Positions 10,142 to 19,331 of a DNA stretch of 64,000 nt are shown here, in pieces (within the stretch, counting starts at the first letter, position 1; the number at the start of each line of letters is the position of its first letter). A program made the position numbers and the translations under genes. The stretch covers positions 136,395-200,394 of the forward strand of contig CANPXT010000001.1 in assembly GCA_947586835.1 (NCBI GenBank), read 5' to 3'. The notes under the pieces are model-generated. The model was not told the DNA's origin. It saw nothing but the letters and a program-made list of their open reading frames with translations, and did no database searches. The DNA comes from an uncultured Alphaproteobacteria bacterium (GTDB lineage Bacteria > Pseudomonadota > Alphaproteobacteria > CAAHEQ01 > UBA3637).

Positions 10142-10310
10142 CAAGAGCTTCTTTAATTTCCCGTGCTTCATTTTGAAGCAGATTTTTAGCTTTTTTGTAT
10201 TCATAATGCGCCCGTCCCAATCCGCGCGCCAATTCAGGTAAACGCTTGCCCCCGAACAGCAATAAAGCAATCACCAAAATTAATCCGAGTTCCGTTAAGC
10301 CGATTGACAT
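10119..10310 (-). CDS. tatA: Twin-arginine translocase subunit TatA/E
   Basis: 63 aa. MSIGLTELGLILVIALLLFGGKRLPELARGLG is the canonical TatA TM segment, hinge and amphipathic helix. Confidence 0.85.
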   Translation of the reverse strand: MSIGLTELGLILVIALLLFGGKRLPELARGLGRAHYEYKKAKNLLQNEAREIKEALDAENEKK

Positions 10311-10330
10311 TGTTTTCTCCTTTCATTCTT

Positions 10331-11602
10331 TTATACATTCATTTGTTTTTCAACACCCTTTACCGAAACAGCCTGCACGGGACATACCACCTTACAAGCA
10401 CCGCATCCGATACATTTTTCCCGTTGCACGCGCGATGTTGTCGCCTCTTGTATAATAGCACCGCGCGGACATTCCATAGCACATAAACCGCAATTAATAC
10501 AAATTGTTGCATTAATAGAGGCTGTCCCGATTTTAGTGTGTTGTTTTTGTGATAAGGAAAGGCGTTTCAATGCCCCTGAGGGGCATATTTGCGAACAGCG
10601 ATGACACGAATCGGAACAAAAACTGTTGTTGTATTCCAAATGAACGGCAGGATAAGTTGTTGTTGCTTTTTTTAACACTTTCATCGGACAATTTTGCACA
10701 CATAAATTACAATTCAAACACCGATTCACAAAGGTATCCGGCGATTCACCTCCCGGCGGGACAATAATATTTTTAAATCGATGCGCTGTTTTTTGAACAA
10801 AAGTCAATCCGCTTTTATAAGCAATACCGACTGTCGCTAATGACAAAACACCCAATAAAAATTCTCGGCGTTTTAAGTTAAATGCAACCGGCGACGCTGT
10901 TTTTTTACCCAAACGCATGGCTTGAAACGGACATACCTTCAAACAATACAAACACCGCACACATAACTCATTATTGACAAAGTGATTTTTATAATCGATA
11001 CATCCGCTCGGACAGATTTTGGCACATTTACCACACTTACGACACTTTATATCATCAATAAACACACGAAATAGTGCAAAACGAGATAAAAAGCCCAAAA
11101 TCACACCGACAGGACAAATATCCGTACAAAAAAACCGACCTTTAAACACCGTTACAACTGTTATACCCGCTAAAAAGCACATTCCCCAAACGGCACCGCT
11201 CATAGCCGCACCAAACAAGGCATACGGATCGAAAAAACGAGTCACAAACACTGTTCCGCCCAACAACATTCCCACCAAAAACAGTGCTAAAACATATTTA
11301 AAAAACCGATTAACACGATAAGGCAGTTGCCGATGAAATATAAGTCTGATAAGCTCTTGATATAACCCGAGCGGACAAAGAATCGAGCAATAAATTCGTC
11401 CGAATAAAAGCGTTAAGATAACAAGAAAAATTAACAGTGTACCGGCAAAAAGCAAATCTCGCACCCAAAATCGTTCCAATAAAGAAATACCTTGAATATT
11501 AAAAAAAGAAAGCGGATAAAACGCTTTTACAAAAGCCAAAACACACAAACAAAAAAGAACGATTGCCGCTGTATTTCTGATAAACCGTAAAATGCGATAC
11601 AT
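10331..11602 (-). CDS. Membrane-bound polyferredoxin, NapH/MauN-like (4Fe-4S binding)
   Basis: Several TM helices carry two NapH-type CxxxCP(L/V)G motifs (CSILCPLG, CTDICPVG). There are also six ferredoxin-type CxxCxxCxxxCP motifs (one is a CxxxCxxCxxxCP variant). Confidence 0.75.
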   Translation of the reverse strand: MYRILRFIRNTAAIVLFCLCVLAFVKAFYPLSFFNIQGISLLERFWVRDLLFAGTLLIFLVILTLLFGRIYCSILCPLGLYQELIRLIFHRQLPYRVNRFFKYVLALFLVGMLLGGTVFVTRFFDPYALFGAAMSGAVWGMCFLAGITVVTVFKGRFFCTDICPVGVILGFLSRFALFRVFIDDIKCRKCGKCAKICPSGCIDYKNHFVNNELCVRCLYCLKVCPFQAMRLGKKTASPVAFNLKRREFLLGVLSLATVGIAYKSGLTFVQKTAHRFKNIIVPPGGESPDTFVNRCLNCNLCVQNCPMKVLKKATTTYPAVHLEYNNSFCSDSCHRCSQICPSGALKRLSLSQKQHTKIGTASINATICINCGLCAMECPRGAIIQEATTSRVQREKCIGCGACKVVCPVQAVSVKGVEKQMNV

Positions 11603-11694
11603 TTTTTATCCTTCTCGATAACTTTCTATACAGTTTATCAGTGAAAGCCGGATTGAAGTCAAGAACTTTTTTTAAAAAAAAAGATAAAAAGGGA

Positions 11695-12279
11695 TTATTT
11701 ATTCAACGCCTCATAAGCCTGTTTAATTTTTTTAATATCTTCCCACATTAAAGCTTTGGGCGATCCCGGATTATGTGACGGATTGCGCAATAAATACGAC
11801 GGATGAAAAATCGGCATCATTTTCGATCCGTAAGGACCGTCAAACCACTGCCCGCGCACTTTGGTAATGCCAACCGTTAAATCAGGCAGAAAAGAAGTTA
11901 ACGCCACTTTACCGCACAACAAAATCAAGCGCGGTTTTAAAATTTCAATCTGCTTATCCAAAAAAGACCGACACGCGGCTTTTTCTTCCGGCAACGGATC
12001 GCGATTTTCGGGCGGACGACATTTTACGGTATTACAAATATACACATCTTTTTCCCGAGATAACCCGACCGATTCGAAAATTTTATCCAACAGCTGTCCC
12101 GCGCGTCCGACAAACGGCTTTCCTTGCATATCTTCATTATAACCGGGTGCCTCACCGATCAACATTAATTTTGAGTTGGGAATACCGTCAGAAAAAACAA
12201 GATTATTTCTTGTTTTTCCGAGCACGCATTTATGACAATTCAGCGCACAGGCACGTACTTCTTCCAATGCTTCATACAT
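11695..12279 (-). CDS. Uracil-DNA glycosylase, family 4
   Basis: GEAPGYNEDMQGKPFVGRAGQLLD and HPSYLLRN motifs, plus an N-terminal Cys cluster. The start at MYEALEEV (12279) overlaps the terC-family stop by 8 nt. Confidence 0.85.
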   Translation of the reverse strand: MYEALEEVRACALNCHKCVLGKTRNNLVFSDGIPNSKLMLIGEAPGYNEDMQGKPFVGRAGQLLDKIFESVGLSREKDVYICNTVKCRPPENRDPLPEEKAACRSFLDKQIEILKPRLILLCGKVALTSFLPDLTVGITKVRGQWFDGPYGSKMMPIFHPSYLLRNPSHNPGSPKALMWEDIKKIKQAYEALNK

Positions 12280-13225
12280 TTTTATGCTCCTTGTTTTTTG
12301 TGAAATAAAGCGAGGCAATAATCCCCATTGCCAATAATGAAAACGTTACGCTCAACGACATCAGATTTGAAACGGTTATACCGATATGGGGTAAAAATAT
12401 TTTCAAGCCGATAAAAATAAGAACCAATGACAGCGCATGCTTTAAATATGTAAATCGATTAACGGCAGCCGCCAATAAAAAATATAACGACCGTAAACCT
12501 AAAATGGCAAAAATATTGCTGGTATAAATTACAAAAATATCTTGCGTAATCAAAAATATAGCCGGAATACTGTCAACAGCAAAGACAACATCCATTAACT
12601 CAATACTCATTAACGCAAAAAAGAGCGGAGTCGCAGCCCATTTTCCTTTTTCTTTTACAAAAAACCGTTCACCGTGAAACGCCGGCGTTACATGCATAAA
12701 ACGTTTTAAAAAAGCAATGACTTTGTTTTCGGATAAATCCCTTCTTTCCTCTTTCTTTTCCAAAAGCATTTTAACGCCGGTATAAATTAAAAACGCCGAG
12801 AAAAGGTATAAAATCCAGTGAAACGAGCTGACCAATCCGGCACCGAGTAAAATCATAACGGCACGCATGACAATAGCGCCCAGAACGCCCCAAAACAAAA
12901 CCCGATGTTGATAAGCCGATGCTACATGAAGCCCTGTAAAAACAAGCGACATGACAAAAATGTTATCCATCGAAAGACTGAATTCCACCAAATAACCGGT
13001 ATAATACAAAAATCCCGTTTCCTTGCCTTTTTCAAAAATAACAAACACACCGAAAAGCAAGGCCACGCATAAATAACCCAAACAAATGTGAAACGTGCTT
13101 TTTAAAGACGGTTCTTCCGATTTTTTATGAAAAACAAACAAATCCAAAAATAAAATCAAACCGATAACACAAGCGAAAACCACCCAAAGCGCACCGGTTG
13201 ATAAATGTGAAACCCACTCAAACAT
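12272..13225 (-). CDS. TerC family integral membrane protein
   Basis: Multi-TM protein with the TerC-type repeated S.DN.F / A.DSIPA pattern (EFSLSMDNIFV, VFAVDSIPAI). Confidence 0.85.
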   Translation of the reverse strand: MFEWVSHLSTGALWVVFACVIGLILFLDLFVFHKKSEEPSLKSTFHICLGYLCVALLFGVFVIFEKGKETGFLYYTGYLVEFSLSMDNIFVMSLVFTGLHVASAYQHRVLFWGVLGAIVMRAVMILLGAGLVSSFHWILYLFSAFLIYTGVKMLLEKKEERRDLSENKVIAFLKRFMHVTPAFHGERFFVKEKGKWAATPLFFALMSIELMDVVFAVDSIPAIFLITQDIFVIYTSNIFAILGLRSLYFLLAAAVNRFTYLKHALSLVLIFIGLKIFLPHIGITVSNLMSLSVTFSLLAMGIIASLYFTKNKEHKNV

Positions 13226-13760
13226 TTTTGTTCCTTTCATCTGATTGTTGAGCAATCAAAGGTCTGCGCAACGGATTTTCCGCCAATCCCGCCAACCAAA
13301 AACGCTCCCACGGAAACGTGCGTCCCGGATCGACCTTGCGTTCGGGTGCAATATCAGAATGAGCGACCACATTATGCGGTGAAATTTTATATTTTTCGAC
13401 CAACATGCGACACAATTTTATTCCGGCTTCAATTTGCGCCGATGAAAACGCTTCAAAAGACCGATCATCAATTGCGGCACATTGAAATTCAATACCGACG
13501 GATCGACTGTTAATATCGGTTTGCCCGTCCCATTCACTCACACCTGCATGCCATGCACGTTTTGATTCATCAACCAACTGATAAATCGTACCGTCCGTAT
13601 CAATGACATAATGGGCACTGACACGACCGCCCTCCTCTTTTTCAATTAGGTAATAAAATGTTTCCCGTAAAGAGTTTGTTGCCGTTGCATGCAACACAAT
13701 CATATCAATTGCACCGATTCGTTCATTAAAATGCGTGGAAGGTTTTTGAATGATTTGCAT
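13218..13760 (-). CDS. ampD: N-acetylmuramoyl-L-alanine amidase (AmpD-like, Amidase_2)
   Basis: IVLHATAT...SAHYVID.DG.IYQLV...AWHAGVS.W...NSRSVGIE...H.DIAP.RK.DPG matches the Amidase_2 zinc-site layout. Confidence 0.85.
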   Translation of the reverse strand: MQIIQKPSTHFNERIGAIDMIVLHATATNSLRETFYYLIEKEEGGRVSAHYVIDTDGTIYQLVDESKRAWHAGVSEWDGQTDINSRSVGIEFQCAAIDDRSFEAFSSAQIEAGIKLCRMLVEKYKISPHNVVAHSDIAPERKVDPGRTFPWERFWLAGLAENPLRRPLIAQQSDERNKNV

Positions 13761-13769
13761 AAATCCTCT

Positions 13770-14267
13770 TTAATAAGAAACAGTGTGTGTGACGGTTGAC
13801 CGCATAAATCCGTGACAAAGTGCTATTGCCAACGCATCAGATGCATCGGGCGGAATATGCTCGGGAACGCTTTTTAAAAGTGTTCGCACCATCATATCCA
13901 CCTGCTTTTTATCGGCATGTCCGGCACCTACAACCATTTTTTTTATTTGATTCGGCGTATATTCGGCAACCGATAATTGATATAAAGCTGGTGTTAATAA
14001 AACAACACCGCGCGCTTGCCCGAGTTTTAACGTTGATGTCGGATTATTGTTGACAAATGTTTGTTCAACCGCTGCTTCATCGGGCTGATAAGCTTCAATG
14101 ATTTTTTTGAGTTCTCCGTGCAGTTCCGCCAGTCGCTCCGATAAGGCACCCGTTTCCGACGGATTAATCACACCACCTGCAATAAAGCGTAAACGTGTTC
14201 CGTCTTTTTCAATAATGCCCCAACCGGTATGACGTAACCCCGGATCAAGCCCCAAAATGCGAATCAT
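13770..14267 (-). CDS. ruvC: Holliday junction resolvase RuvC
   Basis: MIRILGLDPGLRHTGWGII..., ...AVEQTFVNNN..., ...DASDALAIALCH are all canonical for RuvC. Confidence 0.93.
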   Translation of the reverse strand: MIRILGLDPGLRHTGWGIIEKDGTRLRFIAGGVINPSETGALSERLAELHGELKKIIEAYQPDEAAVEQTFVNNNPTSTLKLGQARGVVLLTPALYQLSVAEYTPNQIKKMVVGAGHADKKQVDMMVRTLLKSVPEHIPPDASDALAIALCHGFMRSTVTHTVSY

Positions 14268-14269
14268 TG

Positions 14270-15028
14270 TTATTCGGCACTTTCCAATTGCGCTAAAACA
14301 TCGGCGGCAATGTCGGCATTTGTAATCACACGTTGCACGTCATCGTCTTCATTCAACAAATCAATGAAATGAAACAATTTTTGTGCTGTTTCCAAATCGG
14401 TAATTTCTTTTTGCACCAACGGTTTCCAATCTAACCGCGCAATATTGGGCGTTCCGAGTTTGATTTCCATACTTTCGCGCACGCTTGATAAATCTTCCGG
14501 TGTACAGGTAATCTCATGCGCTTCATCGGTAGTTGTCACATCTTGCGCACCGGCTTCCAATCCGGCCTCAAAAATAGCATCAGCCGAACCAACGGTTAAC
14601 GGGTATTCAATATAGCCGATTCGCTCAAAGTTAAATGTAACAGAACCCGTTTCGCCCAATGCACCGCCGTTTTTGGAAAAAGTTGAACGCAAATACGGTG
14701 CCGTTCGCGCACGATTATCCGTTAAGGCTTCAACTATAACGGAAACTTTGCCGGGTCCGAAACCTTCATACCGTACTTCTTCATAATTTGTCGTATCGGC
14801 ACTTTGCGAACCCTTAGCAATGGCACGTTCAATATTATCTTTCGGCATATTTTCCGAGCGCGCATTTTGAATAGCCAAGCGCAGTCGCGGATTCGAAGAA
14901 ATATCAGCCCCGCCGGCTTTTACGGCAACCGTAATTTCTCGTGCCAGTTTTGAAAATACTTTGGCACGCAATTTATCTTGAGCACCTTTGCGATACATAA
15001 TATTTTTAAATTGTGAATGTCCTGACAT
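14270..15028 (-). CDS. yebC: YebC/PmpR family DNA-binding transcriptional regulator
   Basis: MSGHSQFKNIMYRKGAQDKLRAKVFSKLAREITVAVK is the family's signature N-terminus. Confidence 0.93.
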   Translation of the reverse strand: MSGHSQFKNIMYRKGAQDKLRAKVFSKLAREITVAVKAGGADISSNPRLRLAIQNARSENMPKDNIERAIAKGSQSADTTNYEEVRYEGFGPGKVSVIVEALTDNRARTAPYLRSTFSKNGGALGETGSVTFNFERIGYIEYPLTVGSADAIFEAGLEAGAQDVTTTDEAHEITCTPEDLSSVRESMEIKLGTPNIARLDWKPLVQKEITDLETAQKLFHFIDLLNEDDDVQRVITNADIAADVLAQLESAE

Positions 15029-15077
15029 AATTTTTTCCTCTCATTTAAGTTTTAAAAAAACAATTTTTTCCTTTATA

Positions 15078-15893
15078 TCATATTTGATGTGTATTTTCAA
15101 GTATTGCTCCGATTCGAACTGGAAAAATTTTTACGGCCGCACCGGTTTTTTCATCAATTTCCGTATAAACAGCACAAAAAGTTCCTATATTTTCAGCCGG
15201 TTGCAAGCGTCCTCTGTTTTCAGGCGTCAAAAATCGGGATAAAGCGCCTTCCACAACCATACCAATGACGGAATGATAATCACCGCACATGCCGACATCT
15301 GACATAAACGCTGTTTTTTGAGGCAAAATGCGTGCATCGGCCGTCGGAATATGCGTATGCGTGCCAACGACCAACGAGGCTTTGCCGTCCAGAAAATAGC
15401 CCATACTTACCTTTTCAGCTGTTGCTTCGGCGTGAAAATCAACAATCAGTACATCATAATCTTTGCCGCGCGTGTGTGATGAAAGCCAATCTGCAACGGT
15501 CGCAAACGGATCATCCGCGATACGCATAAAAATATGCCCCAATAGTTGCACGACCGCCACTCGAACGCCGGCGGACGTCGTAAATAAACAGCTGCCTTTT
15601 CCAATCGTGTTATCGGGACAATTCAACGGCCGAATAATATTAGATTCGGAATCCAGAATCGGAAAAATATCGGCTTTATCAAATGCATGATTCCCAAGTG
15701 TAATTACATCGGCACCGGCCCGGCACAATTCGGCATAAATTTTCGGGCTGATACCAAACCCGTGTGCCGCATTTTCACCATTGACAATAATCATATCAAG
15801 CGCCAATTGCTGCTTGAGTTTCGGCAAACATTCATTTATTACCTTTCTGCCGGATTTTCCGACAACATCACCGCAAAACAATATTTTCATCAT
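15078..15893 (-). CDS. YmdB-like metallophosphoesterase (TIGR00282 family)
   Basis: KILFCGDVVG, GENAAHGFGI, LGNHAFD, DFHAEATAEK and GTHTHIPTAD are the calcineurin-like metal ligand blocks in YmdB order. Confidence 0.85.
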   Translation of the reverse strand: MMKILFCGDVVGKSGRKVINECLPKLKQQLALDMIIVNGENAAHGFGISPKIYAELCRAGADVITLGNHAFDKADIFPILDSESNIIRPLNCPDNTIGKGSCLFTTSAGVRVAVVQLLGHIFMRIADDPFATVADWLSSHTRGKDYDVLIVDFHAEATAEKVSMGYFLDGKASLVVGTHTHIPTADARILPQKTAFMSDVGMCGDYHSVIGMVVEGALSRFLTPENRGRLQPAENIGTFCAVYTEIDEKTGAAVKIFPVRIGAILENTHQI

Positions 15894-16221
15894 TCTTCTT
15901 CGGATTTGTCACTAAATCATTTAACCCTTTCGCCGTTACGCTGATTTTAGCGGCAATATTTTGGATTCGCTTGGCCAGTTCTTTGGCTGATTCATCTATA
16001 ACAGCAGCATTGGTTGTTCGTTCCAGTTTATTTTTTTCCTCTGCCAAAATTAAACACATCATGGCAAGCAGTTGTCCCTCCTGCATAAAGCCGACCGATT
16101 TAATCAGCTGGGCAGCTCGCGTATCTAAATTTTCGGCGAGCGAGCGCATATAATTTTCTTGTCCGTCAGCGCAGGAAAATTTATAAAATTTTTCACCGAT
16201 TTTTAACGAAACAATAGCCAT
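15868..16221 (-). CDS. zapA: Cell division protein ZapA
   Basis: 117 aa. The pattern SLKIGEKFYKFSC.DGQE.YMRSLAE.LD is ZapA-like. Its ATG shares one base with the upstream gene's stop (TAATG). Confidence 0.75.
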   Translation of the reverse strand: MAIVSLKIGEKFYKFSCADGQENYMRSLAENLDTRAAQLIKSVGFMQEGQLLAMMCLILAEEKNKLERTTNAAVIDESAKELAKRIQNIAAKISVTAKGLNDLVTNPKKNDENIVLR

Positions 16222-16409
16222 TATTCTTCTCCCCGCTTAAAAGTTGTCAGCATATCATCAATTTTATCATATGCCGTTTTAACGGCTTTTTTCAAAATCT
16301 CTGCTCTCTCCGATGACTGACCGTAATTTTTTTTCACCGTATAAACGGCATTTTCCAATTCCATAACGGCTTCTTCCAAACGGGAAACGGCATTTTTAAT
16401 TTCTTCCAT
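16221..16409 (-). CDS. Small coiled-coil protein upstream of zapA (ZauP/DUF4164-like)
   Basis: An approximately 62-aa heptad-rich sequence (MEEIKNAVSRLEEAVMELENAV...) with a GAGG SD. Position immediately 5' of zapA matches the alphaproteobacterial zauP-zapA arrangement. Confidence 0.4.
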   Translation of the reverse strand: MEEIKNAVSRLEEAVMELENAVYTVKKNYGQSSERAEILKKAVKTAYDKIDDMLTTFKRGEE

Positions 16410-16416
16410 TTTTTCC

Positions 16417-17010
16417 TCACAAACTGCGACGGGCTTTAAACGCCATTTGAAGCGTTCCGTCATCTAAATAATCCAATTCACCGCCAACAGGGACACCGCG
16501 CGACAAAGTTGATATTGAACATAAACCGTTTACCAGTTTATCGGACAAATAATGTGCGGTAGTTTGACCTTCAACCGTTGTCGGCAGTGCAAAAATAACT
16601 TCACAATTTTTATTCATATCCACTTTTTCCAAAAGCGATTGAATATTTAACTCATCGGGACCGATACCGTCCAAAGCCGAAAGCAATCCGCCCAAAACAT
16701 GATATTGACCTTTAAACACACCGGTTCGCTCAATTGCCCATAAATCGGCAACATCCTGCACCACACATATTTGATGATTTAATCGCGTGGAATCACTGCA
16801 AATGGTACATGGTGTTATCGTATCAAGGTTACCGCAAACCGGACAAGTTTTAACCTTTTCCAATACGGTTTGCATGGCTGCTACCAACGGAGCAAACTGC
16901 GTTTCTTTTTGTCCGAGCAAGCTTAATACGGCTCGTCGTGCCGAGCGCGGACCCAGCGCCGGCAATTTTGCCAACAATGCAATTAAATGTTCCAATTCCG
17001 GAGCAGCCAT
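16417..17010 (-). CDS. recR: Recombination protein RecR
   Basis: LPALGPRSARR helix-hairpin-helix, a C4 zinc finger (CPVCGN...CTIC) and the Toprim block VVQDVADLWAIE. Confidence 0.93.
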   Translation of the reverse strand: MAAPELEHLIALLAKLPALGPRSARRAVLSLLGQKETQFAPLVAAMQTVLEKVKTCPVCGNLDTITPCTICSDSTRLNHQICVVQDVADLWAIERTGVFKGQYHVLGGLLSALDGIGPDELNIQSLLEKVDMNKNCEVIFALPTTVEGQTTAHYLSDKLVNGLCSISTLSRGVPVGGELDYLDDGTLQMAFKARRSL

Positions 17011-17033
17011 TTGTTTTAAACCCGTTCCGTCAA

Positions 17034-17357
17034 TTAAAAGGGCAATTTAAAGCCTGCCGGAAGCCCGAGAGATGATTGAATACGCTCCATTTCCGAAGCA
17101 ATGGTGCCATCTGCTTTTTCGCGGGCATCGCGAACCGCCAACAAAACTAAATCTTCCAACGTTTCCACATCTTCTTTATCAACAATATCCGGATTGATAC
17201 TCACTTTGACGGGATACCCTTTTCCCGTCATCATAATTTTAACGGCACCGTTTCCGGAAACACCTTCAAACTCCTGTTTTTCCATTTTGGCCTGCAAAAT
17301 GTTCATTTGTGATTGAACCATTTGCGCTTTTTTCATTAAATCACCGATATTTTTCAT
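17034..17357 (-). CDS. ybaB: Nucleoid-associated protein YbaB/EbfC
   Basis: 107 aa. The pattern MKKAQ..Q......Q..M....FEG.SGNGAVK....G matches the family, and the gene lies directly upstream of recR. Confidence 0.9.
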   Translation of the reverse strand: MKNIGDLMKKAQMVQSQMNILQAKMEKQEFEGVSGNGAVKIMMTGKGYPVKVSINPDIVDKEDVETLEDLVLLAVRDAREKADGTIASEMERIQSSLGLPAGFKLPF

Positions 17358-17450
17358 TCTGAAAACTCCTTAAATTAAAAAATACATGTATGAGTATAAA
17401 GAAAAAAGATGTAAATGTAAATTGTAAATTTACAAAAATCGGTAATTTCT

Positions 17451-18419
17451 TTATTTTTTTGCACCGGACGTATTCAAAAGGCTTAAAATGCGTTCGGCAA
17501 TCAAAAGAGAAGGATTAAATCCGCCTTTAACGGCTTTTAAAGCACTGCCGAGAGGTAATGCATAGCCGTTTTGAAAAAGGGTTTGATGAAAGCGTTTGTG
17601 TTTTATGCTCATCATTTCATCGGGTGCAAAAATAAAAACGGGAACTTTGCCGGCACAACACTCCGAACACATGGACATTGAATCACCCGTTACCACAATC
17701 ATATCGGCGCAGGCAAGCAATCCGAAATACGGGTTTTCGCCTTGATCACCGAAAGCATAAAAAAATGTTGTTTTCGGCGGAAACGCCGTTTTAAGAAATG
17801 CTACCACGTCGGCAGGCGTTCGCCTTGATGTCGTAACCAAAACGGAAGCCGGACGCAATTGTTGCACTGCCGACACAATTTTTCGGGCATCGGCAACGGT
17901 AAAGGGCTTATTTTTGGTGGCTCCGCCGATTATTAACGATAAGCGCGGCGCGGGATAATCGGCAAAAACAGGCAACCATTTTCGACGCTCTTCTTGTAAG
18001 CGTTTTTCCGTCACACGATGCGGCGATCCGTCAACAATCATCACGTTTTTTGCTTTGCCTTTATATAAATCATGCGCAGGCAACACTATTAAATCAGCGC
18101 TTTTAAACCCTCTGACACCCGGATTCATCAATTGTACGACTTTTGTTTTGCCTCTTGATTTTTTTTGTATATATCTTGCCACGGGAAAGGCACGCCGACC
18201 GGCACTTAACACCACATCGGGATAAACGGTTGTCTGTACCGCTTTTTTTGACTCTTTCGTTAACCCGATTAATGTACCGTCCCGCAAAAAATTCGGCAAT
18301 TTAACGGCTTTTGTATAAGCAATGTTTTTGCGTTCGAAAGAATATCCCAATGCTTCGGCAATACCCAACAACTGATTAACGTTTCCGGCGCGATCATCTG
18401 CCAAAATCCATACAAGCAT
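17451..18419 (-). CDS. ELM1/DUF1022 family (mitochondrial-fission-ELM1-like) protein
   Basis: VWILADDRAGNVNQLLGIAEALG N-terminus and a size of about 320 aa are typical of the family common in alphaproteobacteria. Confidence 0.7.
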   Translation of the reverse strand: MLVWILADDRAGNVNQLLGIAEALGYSFERKNIAYTKAVKLPNFLRDGTLIGLTKESKKAVQTTVYPDVVLSAGRRAFPVARYIQKKSRGKTKVVQLMNPGVRGFKSADLIVLPAHDLYKGKAKNVMIVDGSPHRVTEKRLQEERRKWLPVFADYPAPRLSLIIGGATKNKPFTVADARKIVSAVQQLRPASVLVTTSRRTPADVVAFLKTAFPPKTTFFYAFGDQGENPYFGLLACADMIVVTGDSMSMCSECCAGKVPVFIFAPDEMMSIKHKRFHQTLFQNGYALPLGSALKAVKGGFNPSLLIAERILSLLNTSGAKK

Positions 18420-18427
18420 TTTTGATC

Positions 18428-19183
18428 CTATTGTTGATATAATTCGTTTAAAATTGATTCAAACCCGTCATTATGCGTTGCTTTCCGAACGGTTACGATC
18501 GGCGCCGCCTCTTGCACGAAAGCCTTTGTCAGTGCGGGCGGAACAACTGTATCTTTTTCGCCGACGTAATGAATTTGCGGAATTTTTAAAAATTCAATTT
18601 GATAATCTTTTAAATTCAGTGATTCTTTTAAAAGCGTGTCATGATGATAAGCCGTCCATGCATCGGTATCCAACACACCGGCAACGGTAATCACTTTTAC
18701 CACATGCGGATTTTGAACAGCAATCAATCCGGCAATTTGCGCACCGCCCGAATAACCGATTAACACGACCTGATCGGTTTGCGCTTTTTTCATCAGCGCC
18801 GTTACGGCACTATTCATACTGCGTACAATTTGCGGTGAAAACCGACCGGTTGTCCAATCAACTTGCGAACAGGCACCCGCTTGCATATATTGGCAGGGAC
18901 GCCCCAAATAAGCCGTATTGGCATGCGGATCATCAGCTGCAACGTTGCGCCAAAACGCCTCTTGCGGCGTAGGGTTATCCGAAGGAGTTCCGTCGGCATG
19001 AAAAGCGGCACCATCGCCTTCAATATAAATGCGAACGGGTTCACCGGGGGCATTAATGCGATACCAGCTTGCCAAAATGTACGGCGGAGCCGGTTGCGTT
19101 TGAAATCGAAAATCCGTCAACGGATTTTGCGTGGCACAAGCCGTTAAAAAAAGAAACCCTAAAAGAGCAAATAATTTTTTCAT
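18428..19183 (-). CDS. Lipoprotein, alpha/beta-hydrolase fold
   Basis: Lipobox signal MKKLFALLGFLFLTAC and nucleophile elbow GYSGGAQ (GxSxG), with a C-terminal His-containing block (ATHNDGF). Confidence 0.6.
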   Translation of the reverse strand: MKKLFALLGFLFLTACATQNPLTDFRFQTQPAPPYILASWYRINAPGEPVRIYIEGDGAAFHADGTPSDNPTPQEAFWRNVAADDPHANTAYLGRPCQYMQAGACSQVDWTTGRFSPQIVRSMNSAVTALMKKAQTDQVVLIGYSGGAQIAGLIAVQNPHVVKVITVAGVLDTDAWTAYHHDTLLKESLNLKDYQIEFLKIPQIHYVGEKDTVVPPALTKAFVQEAAPIVTVRKATHNDGFESILNELYQQ

Positions 19184-19212
19184 AAACGTTAATATAACAA
19201 ATTCAAATCATC

Positions 19213-19262
19213 TTGACAAGAGTTATTTTAACTCTTACATAGAGTTTGTGAGATACGATAAT
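19213..19262 (+). promoter_or_regulatory. Candidate promoter(s) of the mini-ORF unit, with an embedded 7-bp inverted repeat
   Basis: Option one is TTGACA (19213-18), a 17-nt spacer and TACATA (19236-41). Option two is CTTACA (19234-39), a 17-nt spacer and GATAAT (19257-62). The inverted repeat AAGAGTT-n5-AACTCTT lies at 19218-19236. Confidence 0.4.
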
Positions 19263-19286
19263 ATGTTCGAAAGGAGGGGGAGCATT

Positions 19287-19319
19287 ATGCCGGGTTGCGG
19301 ATGTGGAACAAAGAAATAA
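19287..19319 (+). CDS. 10-codon mini-ORF MPGCGCGTKK (small peptide or leader; could instead be part of an sRNA)
   Basis: A strong SD (AAGGAGGGGGAG) lies 5-9 nt before the ATG. The stop codon sits in the loop of hairpin CAAAGAAA-taag-TTTCTTTG. A strong terminator lies 18 nt downstream. Confidence 0.3.
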   Translation: MPGCGCGTKK

Positions 19320-19331
19320 GTTTCTTTGCGT

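Noticed and set aside
10142-10270. N-terminal extension of the tatC ORF (MLYCCSGASVYLNW...)
   Set aside because: The extension overlaps most of tatA in another frame. The TatC homology and a sensible start (MRKMKK) begin at 10141/10132.
17411-17434. GTAAAT x3 and the perfect palindrome TGTAAATTTACA upstream of ybaB, considered as a regulator operator
   Set aside because: On the minus strand one of the TTTACA copies sits 17 nt upstream of TATACT. The motif is therefore adequately explained as overlapping -35-like hexamers of the ybaB-recR promoter. No second copy was seen elsewhere.
19131-19286. The 62-aa version of the ORF that ends in ...MPGCGCGTKK
   Set aside because: Its 5' part overlaps the start of the lipoprotein gene and the promoter elements, and it has no SD. 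Only the last 10 codons follow the strong SD, so only the mini-ORF is reported, and with low confidence.
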